Origin: Chitinophagaceae bacterium
GTDB taxonomy: Bacteria > Bacteroidota > Bacteroidia > Chitinophagales > Chitinophagaceae
Length of the DNA stretch: 42,775 bases
Reading direction: 5' to 3'
NCBI GenBank assembly: GCA_947452875.1
Contig: CANGEZ010000001.1
Span: 1 to 42,775, forward strand
This document shows positions 18,201 to 26,808 of this stretch, in pieces. The position numbers and the translations under genes are program-made. Position 1 is the stretch's first letter. Every line of letters starts with the position of its first letter. The notes under the pieces are model-generated. The model was not told the origin of the DNA. It searched no databases and worked only from the letters and a program-made list of their open reading frames with translations.

Positions 18201-19690
18201 TAAATAATGGAAACTATCAGTCCTCAAACATTTTCAGTGGAGTATCTGCAGGTACACATGTAATTTCAGTGAAAGATATTAATGGATGTATCAAAACAAA
18301 AACAATAGTCATTACTGAACCATCTGTTTTAAATGTATCAGCTACTTCAGGAACAATTGCCTGTAATGGGGGATCTACTAATGTTACTGTTAATGCAACT
18401 GGAGGTACTTCTCCTTACACAGGAACAGGCCAATTTAATGTTCTTGCTGGTACTTACAACTACACTGTTTCTGATGCAAATGGAAACACACAAACAGCTT
18501 CAGTTACAATAACACAACCAACTCAATTAAATGCTAGTTTAACTTCGGGAACGATTGCAACTTATGGGGGCAGTACAAGTCTTACTGCCATTGTAAATGG
18601 TGGAACATCACCATATTCGTATTCATTAAATAATGGTACTTACCAAACATCAAATATTTTCAACAATCTAAATGCAGGTAATCACAATGTTTTAATTAAA
18701 GATGCTAATGGATGTACGTTATTGAAAAACATCATCATCACGCAAGCTTCCAACAATCCTATTATTGTTACTGCAGTTCCTGCTCAAATAAATTGTTATG
18801 GTAGTTCAACTATGGTTACGGTATCTGCTGCAGGAGGAACCGCACCTTACACAGGAACTGGTATTTTCTCTGCTACTGCAGGAACAAGATCTTATACGGT
18901 AAGAGATGCTGTTGGAAATTCTCAAACAACAACAATCACAATTACACAACCCACTGAAATTAATTTGATGGTTTCTGTTGCTAGTGATATATCAGTGATT
19001 GGAGGCACAACTTCAGTATCTGCAATAGCAACTGGGGGAGCTAGTTTTTACAGATTTAGTCTTGATGCTGGAGCAACTCAAACATCTACTACTTTTCGAG
19101 CAGTTGGAGCTGGAACACATTTTATTACATCGGTGGACGCCAACGGATGTTCTAAAATGGCAACTTTCACAGTAAATCAAGTTAGTTCTAGTGGAATGAC
19201 ATTAAACCTGCTTTCAAAAACTGATGCAACTTGTAAAGGCGCAAAAGACGGAACAATAGAAGTTAAAGCCTCTGGTGGAAGAGAACCTTATCAATATGCA
19301 ATAGGAGCTGGAAATTATCAAATCAACAACAGATTTTATGGGTTAAGAGCTGGCACTTATCGTGTTTTTGTAAAAGATGCCAACAACAATATCGTAAATA
19401 TTGTGGTTGTGATTTTAGATGGAAAAAGGCCTTGCAGAATAGGAAAAACCTCAGTAATCATTAATACCTATCCTAATCCAACAACCACATCTTTTAAACT
19501 TTCTATAGATGCCTCTTTAGATGAAATGGTAAGTGTAGATGTAATGGATCTATTTGGAAGAAAATTATTCCAGGAAAAAGGACTCGCAGACAAGATGTAT
19601 ACTTTTGGCCAAAACTTTATAGCTGGAAGCTATTTTGTAAGAGTGACTCAAGGTGAAACACAAACCACTCAAAAAATCATAAAGCAATAA
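15260..19690 (+). CDS. Large T9SS-secreted protein: beta-helix head, 11 SprB-like repeats, type A CTD (paralog 1)
   Basis: Signal peptide; YFSSSTGND..PWKTL..PGDTI.FKRGD head typical of right-handed beta-helix proteins; LHL..NSPAI.AG..EIGLFEY choice-of-anchor-Q-like cap; CNG/GGT.PY/DANGC repeats; YPNP...YFVRV...KIIKQ. Confidence 0.88.
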   Translation: MLKVNLSKILLFVLLTILTTTTAFSRKFYFSSSTGNDSYSITQAQNSSTPWKTLKKLQTLVTNGNTTFLPGDTIAFKRGDVFDNGHTAASGFEYVSCSWINYPAYGYTAPSGTSQNPIVFTSYGDLSQPKPNFIYPTAATPRISASNNVIEFAGVSWIVIDGLQFNDYRFPQADKANPSYTRSAILFGEWTPTKLAANGIDTIWGANRDTSNRKWMVKNCAIKNCYFSNVSFAIGSIAAINCSLQYNTIENLKTTADTAGYTDIMSGAFEAINGYNINISHNFIKGAWGKSGRVSDCWGLGGVAIDMFCVKNSNFSYNTVIDCSGLFEIGNTDRYDTLSGSWYDTFAYNKIINCGQIGYIHGSPGDVFSGNNRNVSCFNNVYINNNSSRMSGPNFGYDLYNDGQSFRGDANGNYKWWFFRSPTLCPDNTLPISNTTWSNPINPPYCNYSGHRSSVQYSSDNIRGNADTLVDLRNNIFYSTVGDQIIYDVSRTKFKHRNNIYYIKGRFLNQTALGGTIGVGEVVTTNQIFVDTSAALPENWDLHLSTNSPAISAGVSLGYNVDYGGTQISGNTEIGLFEYNSNVTPNPPPAVNLVASATQGTIACNGGNTTIIVSASGGTSPYTGTGTFTVSAGSYNYYVADAAGHRDTVSVIVNQPSIISVTVASGTITTIGGTTSIQINATGGTGTSYQYSLNGGTYQSSNIFTGVPAGNHIVNVKDINGCVVQKSLTIAEPLVTTLIASSTSGTILCNGGTTIVTVSASGGVTPYTGIGSFTVTAGSRTYTVTDAAGTSATTTVNISQPSLINVTANAGTITVFGGSTTITVIANGGTGTLNYKLDNGAFQTSNIFNNVLAGTHTITVKDANSCTKTSIVTITQPASIPLNATAIAGSILCNGSSTSVTVAATGGTAPYTGTGTFSVSAGTYAYTVTDANGNTSIANITVTEPQIINVNPVSGNIISNGGTTSITVNATGGVSPFTYKLNNGNYQSSNIFSGVSAGTHVISVKDINGCIKTKTIVITEPSVLNVSATSGTIACNGGSTNVTVNATGGTSPYTGTGQFNVLAGTYNYTVSDANGNTQTASVTITQPTQLNASLTSGTIATYGGSTSLTAIVNGGTSPYSYSLNNGTYQTSNIFNNLNAGNHNVLIKDANGCTLLKNIIITQASNNPIIVTAVPAQINCYGSSTMVTVSAAGGTAPYTGTGIFSATAGTRSYTVRDAVGNSQTTTITITQPTEINLMVSVASDISVIGGTTSVSAIATGGASFYRFSLDAGATQTSTTFRAVGAGTHFITSVDANGCSKMATFTVNQVSSSGMTLNLLSKTDATCKGAKDGTIEVKASGGREPYQYAIGAGNYQINNRFYGLRAGTYRVFVKDANNNIVNIVVVILDGKRPCRIGKTSVIINTYPNPTTTSFKLSIDASLDEMVSVDVMDLFGRKLFQEKGLADKMYTFGQNFIAGSYFVRVTQGETQTTQKIIKQ
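17036..19425 (+). repeat. Intragenic alternating SprB-like repeats, (A-B)x5 plus a terminal unit
   Basis: A units: I.C.G..GG.PYTG.G.F; B units: GG...Y.L..G..Q....F..D.NGC. Confidence 0.85.
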
Positions 19691-19707
19691 AAATCAAATC
19701 AATAAAT

Positions 19708-19748
19708 AAAAAATCTCCAATTTCTATTCAATTGGAGATTTTTTTATT
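19708..19748 (+). terminator. Intrinsic terminator after paralog 1
   Basis: AAAAAATCTCCAATT-TCTATTC-AATTGGAGATTTTTTT. Confidence 0.85.
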
Positions 19749-19873
19749 GCCTTTTAACTTGTTACACATATTCGAAAAACTTATGTATATTTTTCATCGT
19801 TTTAAATTAGGAACCATTTCTTTCTTTACCTATTTTTAAACATTCTGGAAAAATAAATGTTAATATCTATAGT

Positions 19874-19890
19874 TTGGCATAGTTTTTCAT
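19874..19890 (+). promoter_or_regulatory. Possible degenerate sigma54 promoter
   Basis: TTGGCAT-N5-TTCAT; good -24 element, weak -12 element. Confidence 0.3.
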
Positions 19891-19988
19891 TTCTCATAAT
19901 ATCCATTCCTATTCCCTTTAAAAACTAATTCTCCTCTACACTACAAGACTGTAATTTTTAAATAGCTAATACCAGAATTGATATCAGA

Positions 19989-22900
19989 ATGAAACAGTTA
20001 TTGGTTTTTATTTTTCTTGTATTATTATACACTAACTCATATTCGAGGAAGTTTTATTTCAGTAGCACAACTGGAAATGATTCATATACAGTTACGCAGG
20101 CTCAAAACCAGGTAACACCGTGGAAAACACTTCAGAAATTACAAACATTAATTACAAATGGTAACACAACTTTTTTACCGGGCGATACTATTGCATTTAA
20201 GAGAGGAGATGTATTTTCAAATGGGCACACTAGTGCTACTGGTTTTCAATATGTAAGCTGCGCATGGATAAATTTTCCTACAAATGGCTATACTGCACCA
20301 AGCGGTTCACAGCAAAATCCGATTGTTCTTACTTTTTACGGAGATTTAAATTTACCTAAGCCCAATTTTATATATCCGACTCCTACCACTCCAACTGCAT
20401 CTAATTCCAATAATGTAATTGAATTTGCTGGGGTAAGTTGGATTGTTATTGATGGTTTACAATTTAATGATTATAGGTTTCCTCAAGCAGATAAGGCAAA
20501 TGCAGCGTACACACGAAGTGCAATTATATTAGGAGAATGGACGCAATCAAAATTAGCTGCCAACGGCATTGATACTACATTCGGATCTAATAAAGACACC
20601 ACTAATAGAATGTGGATGGTTAAAAATTTTACTGTTAAAAATTGTTATTTCAATAACGTATCATTTGCATTTGGTTCTGTTGCTGCAGAAAACTCGAATT
20701 TGATTTACAATACAATAGAAAACTTAAAAGCAACAAATGATACATCTGGCAATAATGATATAATGGCTGGTGCATTCGATGCAATTAATGGCTACAAACT
20801 TAATTTTAGTCATAATTTTATTAAAGGCGCATGGGGACGCAGTGGTAGAATTAGTGATTGTTGGGGTTTAGGTGGGGTCGCTTTTGATATGTTTTGTGTA
20901 AAAAACTCTAATTTTTCATACAATACAATTATTGACTGTTCGGGAATGTTCGAAATAGGCAATTTAGATAAATATGATACGCTATCCGGTTCATGGTATG
21001 ATACTTTTGCGTACAATAAAATAATTAATTGCGGGCAAATTGGTTATATTCATGGTAGTGCAAATGATGTTTTTAGAGGCAACAATAGAAATATCGCCTG
21101 CTTCAACAATGTTTACATCAATAACAACACTTCTAGAATTTCCGGCCCAAATTTTGGATATGATTTATACAATGACGGTCAATCTTTCAGAGGAGATGCA
21201 AATGGAAATTACAGATGGTGGTTTTTTAAAAGTCCAACTAAGTGCCCTGATAACTCCTTACCAATAACAGATACAACATGGAGCAATCCTATAAATCCTC
21301 CATTTTGTAATTATTCCGGTCACAGATCTTCTGTACAATATGCTGATGAAAATATCAGAGGGAATGCTGACACGCTCGTAGATCTTCGAAATAATATTTT
21401 TTATAGTACTGTTGGTGATCAAATAATTTATGATAAAACAAGAAATAAATTTAAACACAGAAACAACATATACTATTTAAAAGGAGCATTTTTAAATCCT
21501 ACTTCACTTGGAGGGGCTTTAGGAACAGGTGAAATATCAACAAATAACCGATTATTTTCAGATACGTCTGCAACTTTTCCAGAAAACTGGGATCTTCATC
21601 TATTCTCAGGTAGTCAGGCTATAGGTGCAGGTACAAATGTTGGAATTAATAAAGACTTTGATGGAACTTCATTTTCCGGTAACCCGGATATTGGTTTGTA
21701 TTCAATAAATTCATCTTCAATAGTTTCATCGACATTAAATGCAACCTCAACACAAGGCGCAATAAATTGTTATGGAGCTACTACAACAATCATTGTTTCC
21801 GCAATAGGGGGAACCCCACCATACAATGGTACAGGCACCTTTACAGTTAGTGCAGGCTCTTACAATTATATAGTAACTGATGCTGGTGGCCGCAGAGACA
21901 CTGTTTATGTATCCATTTCTCAGCCAACAGCAATCAACACCAATATCACTGCCCCTAGAATAATAACTTTTGGAGGAACGACCACTATTACCATAATGGC
22001 TACTGGAGGTACTGGCACTTATAGTTACAAACTAAATAGTGGTATCTACCAAGCTTCAAATATTTTTCCGAACGTGTCAAAAGGCACAGACACCATTTAT
22101 GTAAAAGATGCTAGTGGATGCATTGCAACTAGCTATATTACAATTACCCAACCCTCAGCTCCATTTGTAGCAAATGCAGCTGCTGCATCAACCACAATTT
22201 GTAATGGCTCCACTGCAACTATTACTGTTACTGGTTCAGGGGGCACTGCGCCCTATACTGGTACTGGCAATTTTACAGTAACACCTGGAACTTATACTTA
22301 CACGTTATTAGATTCAAATGGAGTTTCTGCTACTACAACAATTACGATCTCACAATATGCAGCCATCACGGCAACTGTAACCTCAGGCACTATTACAATT
22401 TACGGTGGTAACACATCTGTTACAGTTTCGAATACTGCAAATGGGCTTAATCCATATACTTATTCACTTAATGGCGGCATTTTTCAAACAAGCAATATTT
22501 TCAGCAGTGTCGGCGCTGGAAATCATAACATCACCATTAAAGATACTCGAGGCTGCACTTCTGTAAAAACAATTTCAATAGTTCAACCATTATCAACACT
22601 TAATTGTACAGCAACAGCAGCCGGCGCGATACTTTGCAATGGTAATTCTGTTATCGTTAACGTTACAGCCACTGGTGGCACTCTACCTTACTCAGGCACA
22701 GGAAGTTTTAATGCACCTGCTGGAAATTATACCTATACTGTAACAGATGCCGTCGGGGCAACAAAAACAGCATCAATAACGATATCACAACCAACTGTTA
22801 TTTCTCCAACTATCACCGCTGGCAGAATTATTTCATTTGGAGGAACAACAACCATTACAGTTAATGCAACCGGAGGAACCGGCGCCTACACTTACAAACT

Positions 22901-24878
22901 GAATAGAGGTACTTATCAAACTTCAAATAGCTTCACGGCTATTCCGGCAGGTCAAGACACGCTTTATGTTAAAGACGCAAATAATTGTATAGCTTCAAGT
23001 GTTATTATTATCACACAACCTTTATCTGCATTAACAGCAAATGTTACAACACCTGCAAACACAATTTGTAACGGATCAACAGCGGTAGTAAATGTTGCCG
23101 CAACTGGAGGAACACCTCCATATATAGGAACCGGTGCATACACAGTCAGTGCAGGAACCTACACTTACACAATTACAGATTCTAATGGAGTAAGAGCATC
23201 ATCAAGCATCACAATTAATCAATATATTGCCATAACAGCTACTGTAACCGCAGGAACCATTTCAGTTTATGGCGCTAAAACAACAGTAACTGTAGCTAAC
23301 GTTGCAAATGGACTTGCGCCATATACTTATTCAATAAATGGTGGCAGCTATCAAACATCAAGCAGTTTTAGCAACATAGGTGCTGGCATCCATACTGTTA
23401 ATATTAAAGATAGTAGAGGTTGTATAATTAGTAAATCAATTACTATAACACAGCCACTTAGTACATTAAACATGACAGCGACACCTTCAGGAAATATTGC
23501 TTGCAATGGTGGAACTATTTCAGTTGTTGTTGCAGCAACAGGAGGTACTAGTCCTTATACAGGCACAGGTACTTTTTCAACTTCAGCAGGAATGCAAACT
23601 TATACAGTTACTGACGCAGTTGGGTCTGTAAAATCAATTACACTTGATGTTGCACAACCAGCTGTAATTGTTCCAGTAATAACTGCAGGTAGAATCATTA
23701 CATTTGGAGGAACAACTACTATTACTGTCACTTCAACTGGTGGCACAGGAACTTACAGTTATAGCCTTAACAACGGAGCATACCAAGTTGCTAATTCTTT
23801 TTCTAATGTTGCTGCGGGTACTCACACTATTAAAGTTAAAGATGCAAACGGTTGTATTGTTTCAGGCACAAAAATTATAACTCAACCTGCTGCTTTATTA
23901 ACTGCTTCTTCAAGTATTACAGCAGCTATCAATTGCAATGGAGGTTCTACTACAGTTAATGTTACAGGGGCAGGAGGAACACCACCTTATACAGGAATTG
24001 GAACTTTTACAGTTTCAGTTGGCACATATAATTATGTAGTAACAGATTCAAATGGAGTTACAGCTAATACAACCATAAATATTACTCAACCAACTCCAAT
24101 TGCAGCGTCAGTTAGTTCAGGTATCATAACTTACTATGGCGGTTCTACAACTGTAACTGTTTCTGCTGTTAGCGGAGGAACATCGCCCTACACTTATTCA
24201 ATAAACAATGGTAGTTTTCAAACTGGAAACTCATTTTCAAATATACCTGCTGGAACACATTCAATTAATATTAAAGATTCAAGAGGATGTATTCTGAATA
24301 AATCTTTTACTATAACACAACCTGCACCACTAAGTATTGTGATCGTTTCTGTCACTCATAATACTTGTAGATGGGTGTATGATGGCACTATAACTGTAGG
24401 TGCTACAGGAGGCACTCCGCCATATAGATATCAAATAGATGGTTGGGGATATGGCACAAATAATTATTTCGGCTTGCTTGGTCCATTTACTTACAGACTT
24501 GCCGTTAAAGATTCAAGAGGAGATTCTTCAATTACCAATGTAACAATACTACCTAGCACAGTTATTTGTACAGCAAGGAATAATAATACAAATCAAAATC
24601 GTGATTCTTTAACCTTGTCAAATCCATTAGTAGATGAGAATATAATTTCGATTTCACCTAATCCCTCAACTGGAAATTTCAATATTACAATTGACAATAA
24701 AATTAAAAATGTCAATTTTATTAACTTATACAATAACCAAGGCTTATTGATTAAAATGATTGAAAAGCAAAATGACTATAACAAGTTTATTATAAATGAA
24801 AATTTAGCCCCGGGTATATATTATATTAAAATTGGCAATAACAAATCAATGGGAGTAAGAAAAATCATCAAACTATAA
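19989..24878 (+). CDS. Large T9SS-secreted protein: beta-helix head, 13 SprB-like repeats, type A CTD (paralog 2)
   Basis: Head colinear with 15260..19690, with long identical runs; ISPNPSTG...GIYYIKI...KIIKL CTD. Confidence 0.88.
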   Translation: MKQLLVFIFLVLLYTNSYSRKFYFSSTTGNDSYTVTQAQNQVTPWKTLQKLQTLITNGNTTFLPGDTIAFKRGDVFSNGHTSATGFQYVSCAWINFPTNGYTAPSGSQQNPIVLTFYGDLNLPKPNFIYPTPTTPTASNSNNVIEFAGVSWIVIDGLQFNDYRFPQADKANAAYTRSAIILGEWTQSKLAANGIDTTFGSNKDTTNRMWMVKNFTVKNCYFNNVSFAFGSVAAENSNLIYNTIENLKATNDTSGNNDIMAGAFDAINGYKLNFSHNFIKGAWGRSGRISDCWGLGGVAFDMFCVKNSNFSYNTIIDCSGMFEIGNLDKYDTLSGSWYDTFAYNKIINCGQIGYIHGSANDVFRGNNRNIACFNNVYINNNTSRISGPNFGYDLYNDGQSFRGDANGNYRWWFFKSPTKCPDNSLPITDTTWSNPINPPFCNYSGHRSSVQYADENIRGNADTLVDLRNNIFYSTVGDQIIYDKTRNKFKHRNNIYYLKGAFLNPTSLGGALGTGEISTNNRLFSDTSATFPENWDLHLFSGSQAIGAGTNVGINKDFDGTSFSGNPDIGLYSINSSSIVSSTLNATSTQGAINCYGATTTIIVSAIGGTPPYNGTGTFTVSAGSYNYIVTDAGGRRDTVYVSISQPTAINTNITAPRIITFGGTTTITIMATGGTGTYSYKLNSGIYQASNIFPNVSKGTDTIYVKDASGCIATSYITITQPSAPFVANAAAASTTICNGSTATITVTGSGGTAPYTGTGNFTVTPGTYTYTLLDSNGVSATTTITISQYAAITATVTSGTITIYGGNTSVTVSNTANGLNPYTYSLNGGIFQTSNIFSSVGAGNHNITIKDTRGCTSVKTISIVQPLSTLNCTATAAGAILCNGNSVIVNVTATGGTLPYSGTGSFNAPAGNYTYTVTDAVGATKTASITISQPTVISPTITAGRIISFGGTTTITVNATGGTGAYTYKLNRGTYQTSNSFTAIPAGQDTLYVKDANNCIASSVIIITQPLSALTANVTTPANTICNGSTAVVNVAATGGTPPYIGTGAYTVSAGTYTYTITDSNGVRASSSITINQYIAITATVTAGTISVYGAKTTVTVANVANGLAPYTYSINGGSYQTSSSFSNIGAGIHTVNIKDSRGCIISKSITITQPLSTLNMTATPSGNIACNGGTISVVVAATGGTSPYTGTGTFSTSAGMQTYTVTDAVGSVKSITLDVAQPAVIVPVITAGRIITFGGTTTITVTSTGGTGTYSYSLNNGAYQVANSFSNVAAGTHTIKVKDANGCIVSGTKIITQPAALLTASSSITAAINCNGGSTTVNVTGAGGTPPYTGIGTFTVSVGTYNYVVTDSNGVTANTTINITQPTPIAASVSSGIITYYGGSTTVTVSAVSGGTSPYTYSINNGSFQTGNSFSNIPAGTHSINIKDSRGCILNKSFTITQPAPLSIVIVSVTHNTCRWVYDGTITVGATGGTPPYRYQIDGWGYGTNNYFGLLGPFTYRLAVKDSRGDSSITNVTILPSTVICTARNNNTNQNRDSLTLSNPLVDENIISISPNPSTGNFNITIDNKIKNVNFINLYNNQGLLIKMIEKQNDYNKFIINENLAPGIYYIKIGNNKSMGVRKIIKL
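21735..24570 (+). repeat. Intragenic alternating SprB-like repeats, (A-B)x6 plus a terminal unit, with a four-domain higher-order period
   Basis: Odd B units carry RII[TS]FGG; even B units carry D[TS]RGC; even A units carry DSNGV. Confidence 0.85.
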
Positions 24879-24947
24879 CTAAACAGTTTATTATTTATTC
24901 TTAAAATAGTATCGAAACATTTTATGTAAAAAAAAATTTGAGTAGTA

Positions 24948-24986
24948 CTAAAAAGGCTGTCTTTTAACTACAGACAGCCTTTTTAG
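24948..24986. terminator. Bidirectional terminator between the T9SS genes and the polysaccharide operon
   Basis: Perfect 15-bp inverted repeat CTAAAAAGGCTGTCT / AGACAGCCTTTTTAG. Confidence 0.88.
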
Positions 24987-25001
24987 AAAATTAATTCACA
25001 A

Positions 25002-25625
25002 TTATGGTTTCAATTTTACAGTTTTATAAATCCACTCTTTTTTACCATCACTAACCGGTTCAATATCTACATCAACAAAGCTTTTAGAAATATTAGCCCA
25101 AACTCCTGCAGATCTTGGGTCTCCTGAATACATTCCAATTAAATAAACACCGCTATTTTTTAAATATTTGGTATATCTCAATAATAAAGCATTAGGATCT
25201 TTGCTGAAATATAGTACTTCATTCAAAACAATTACATCAAAAGGAGCATTTTTAGGTTCATAAACTTCCATATCTGCAAACGTAAAATATGAATTTGGTG
25301 TAGTGGGAATTCTGTTAATAGCTACTTCAGAAATATCCATTCCTTCAAAATATGAATAATCGTCTTTATCCATTTCCAAGAAGAAAATACCTTCACCACA
25401 TCCGATTTCAAAAATCTTCTTATCGGCGGGATATTTTCTAAGCATTTTTTTTGCTACATATATTCTTTCCAATTCATTGGGGTCCTTTAAAAATTCCCAG
25501 CCACCTTTATTATATTCATCATCCCATAGTTTCTTATCTATATTTGAAAAGTTTTTTCTTAATGCCTTATTTATAAGCCATTTGATTTTTTTAGGAGCAT
25601 TTTTAATTTTCTTAACTAACGACAT
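25002..25625 (-). CDS. Class I SAM-dependent methyltransferase
   Basis: IFEIGCGEG, GMDIS, FDVIVLNEVLYF. Confidence 0.88.
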   Translation of the reverse strand: MSLVKKIKNAPKKIKWLINKALRKNFSNIDKKLWDDEYNKGGWEFLKDPNELERIYVAKKMLRKYPADKKIFEIGCGEGIFFLEMDKDDYSYFEGMDISEVAINRIPTTPNSYFTFADMEVYEPKNAPFDVIVLNEVLYFSKDPNALLLRYTKYLKNSGVYLIGMYSGDPRSAGVWANISKSFVDVDIEPVSDGKKEWIYKTVKLKP

Positions 25626-25686
25626 GATTAATAAATTTTAATTGTTAAATAATAAATGTAATAAAATATATTTTAAAAAACTAAGA

Positions 25687-26796
25687 TTACGAATTCAAGT
25701 TCATTTGAGCTATCTCTTCGGTTGGCTTTTTCAATGTAAACATCCACCACAAATTCAATCTCAAACTAACATTATAAATTACCATCGGCACCAAAACGCC
25801 CATACTTAAAATCAACAGCGCCAGCAATGGCACATTGGTAATTCCTAATAACTTTATAAATACCATTCTTGAAACAGACATCACTATAATTTGTAAACAA
25901 TAGATATGTACTGAATTGTATCCAACCACACGAAGGAATCTTAATTTATTGTACTTCTTTAAAGTAAACGAAAACGCAATCGACATCGCACATCCCACCA
26001 ATGCAACAAGAAGAAAAAATATTGGAATATCGTTTTCAACATGATAATTGCTACCATTTTTCAAATTCAAATTTGTAAAGATTAATTGAATGATTACAAA
26101 TGAAATAAGCAGCGGAATGATCAACTTTCGAGATGTAAATAAAGTTGCCGTTTTTTCACTCAACATAAATCCTGATATAGCATCACCAATGGCAAAAAAT
26201 AAATAATACTTGAAAATATCATTCAGTGCTCCAACTTGAATATCATGCGTACTAAAATAACTACAAGTAAAATACAACAACAACCCTAAGATCAATTGAT
26301 TATTAATCGACACTTTAATAACGGATTTTAAAACTGCATAAATAATACCAACAAAAAACAATGCGTTCAAATACCAAAATTGTCCTGTTGCACGAGGAAA
26401 TGTGATCAAATATAGATAACTATTAAAGTCCACTTCTCCCTTTGAATTGGTATAATCTGCAAAAATAAGTTGCAATGAAATTTGTATGATACCCCAAACC
26501 AACAATGGATATAAAATTGTTTTTATTCTGTTATCAATATATGGATTCAATCCTCTTTTATTCATGCTTCCTGAAATAAACATACCGGAAGCTATAAAAA
26601 ATAATGGCATGCGAAAACCAAAGAAAAAAACATTGATATATTCCAACCACGGATGTTCATGCATATTTAAACCAACCTTTTCCATACTTTCATAGCAATG
26701 TCGGTACGTCACAAGTATAATACTAATACCTCTGTCATAATCAATCCAGCCATGGCGTTTGTCGGATAAAATGTATTTAGAATTGAATAATTTCAT
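25687..26796 (-). CDS. Acyltransferase_3 family membrane O-acyltransferase
   Basis: WIDYDRG..IILV..RH, FRMPLFFIASG, FWYL, G.NS..IY; about 10 TM helices. Confidence 0.9.
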   Translation of the reverse strand: MKLFNSKYILSDKRHGWIDYDRGISIILVTYRHCYESMEKVGLNMHEHPWLEYINVFFFGFRMPLFFIASGMFISGSMNKRGLNPYIDNRIKTILYPLLVWGIIQISLQLIFADYTNSKGEVDFNSYLYLITFPRATGQFWYLNALFFVGIIYAVLKSVIKVSINNQLILGLLLYFTCSYFSTHDIQVGALNDIFKYYLFFAIGDAISGFMLSEKTATLFTSRKLIIPLLISFVIIQLIFTNLNLKNGSNYHVENDIPIFFLLVALVGCAMSIAFSFTLKKYNKLRFLRVVGYNSVHIYCLQIIVMSVSRMVFIKLLGITNVPLLALLILSMGVLVPMVIYNVSLRLNLWWMFTLKKPTEEIAQMNLNS

Positions 26797-26808
26797 TAAA
26801 ATTATTTT

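Noticed and set aside
15260-24878. Diversity-generating retroelement or CRISPR-like explanation for the duplicated and repeated DNA
   Set aside because: No reverse transcriptase or cas gene; differences are mostly synonymous rather than adenine-specific; repeats are in-frame protein domains
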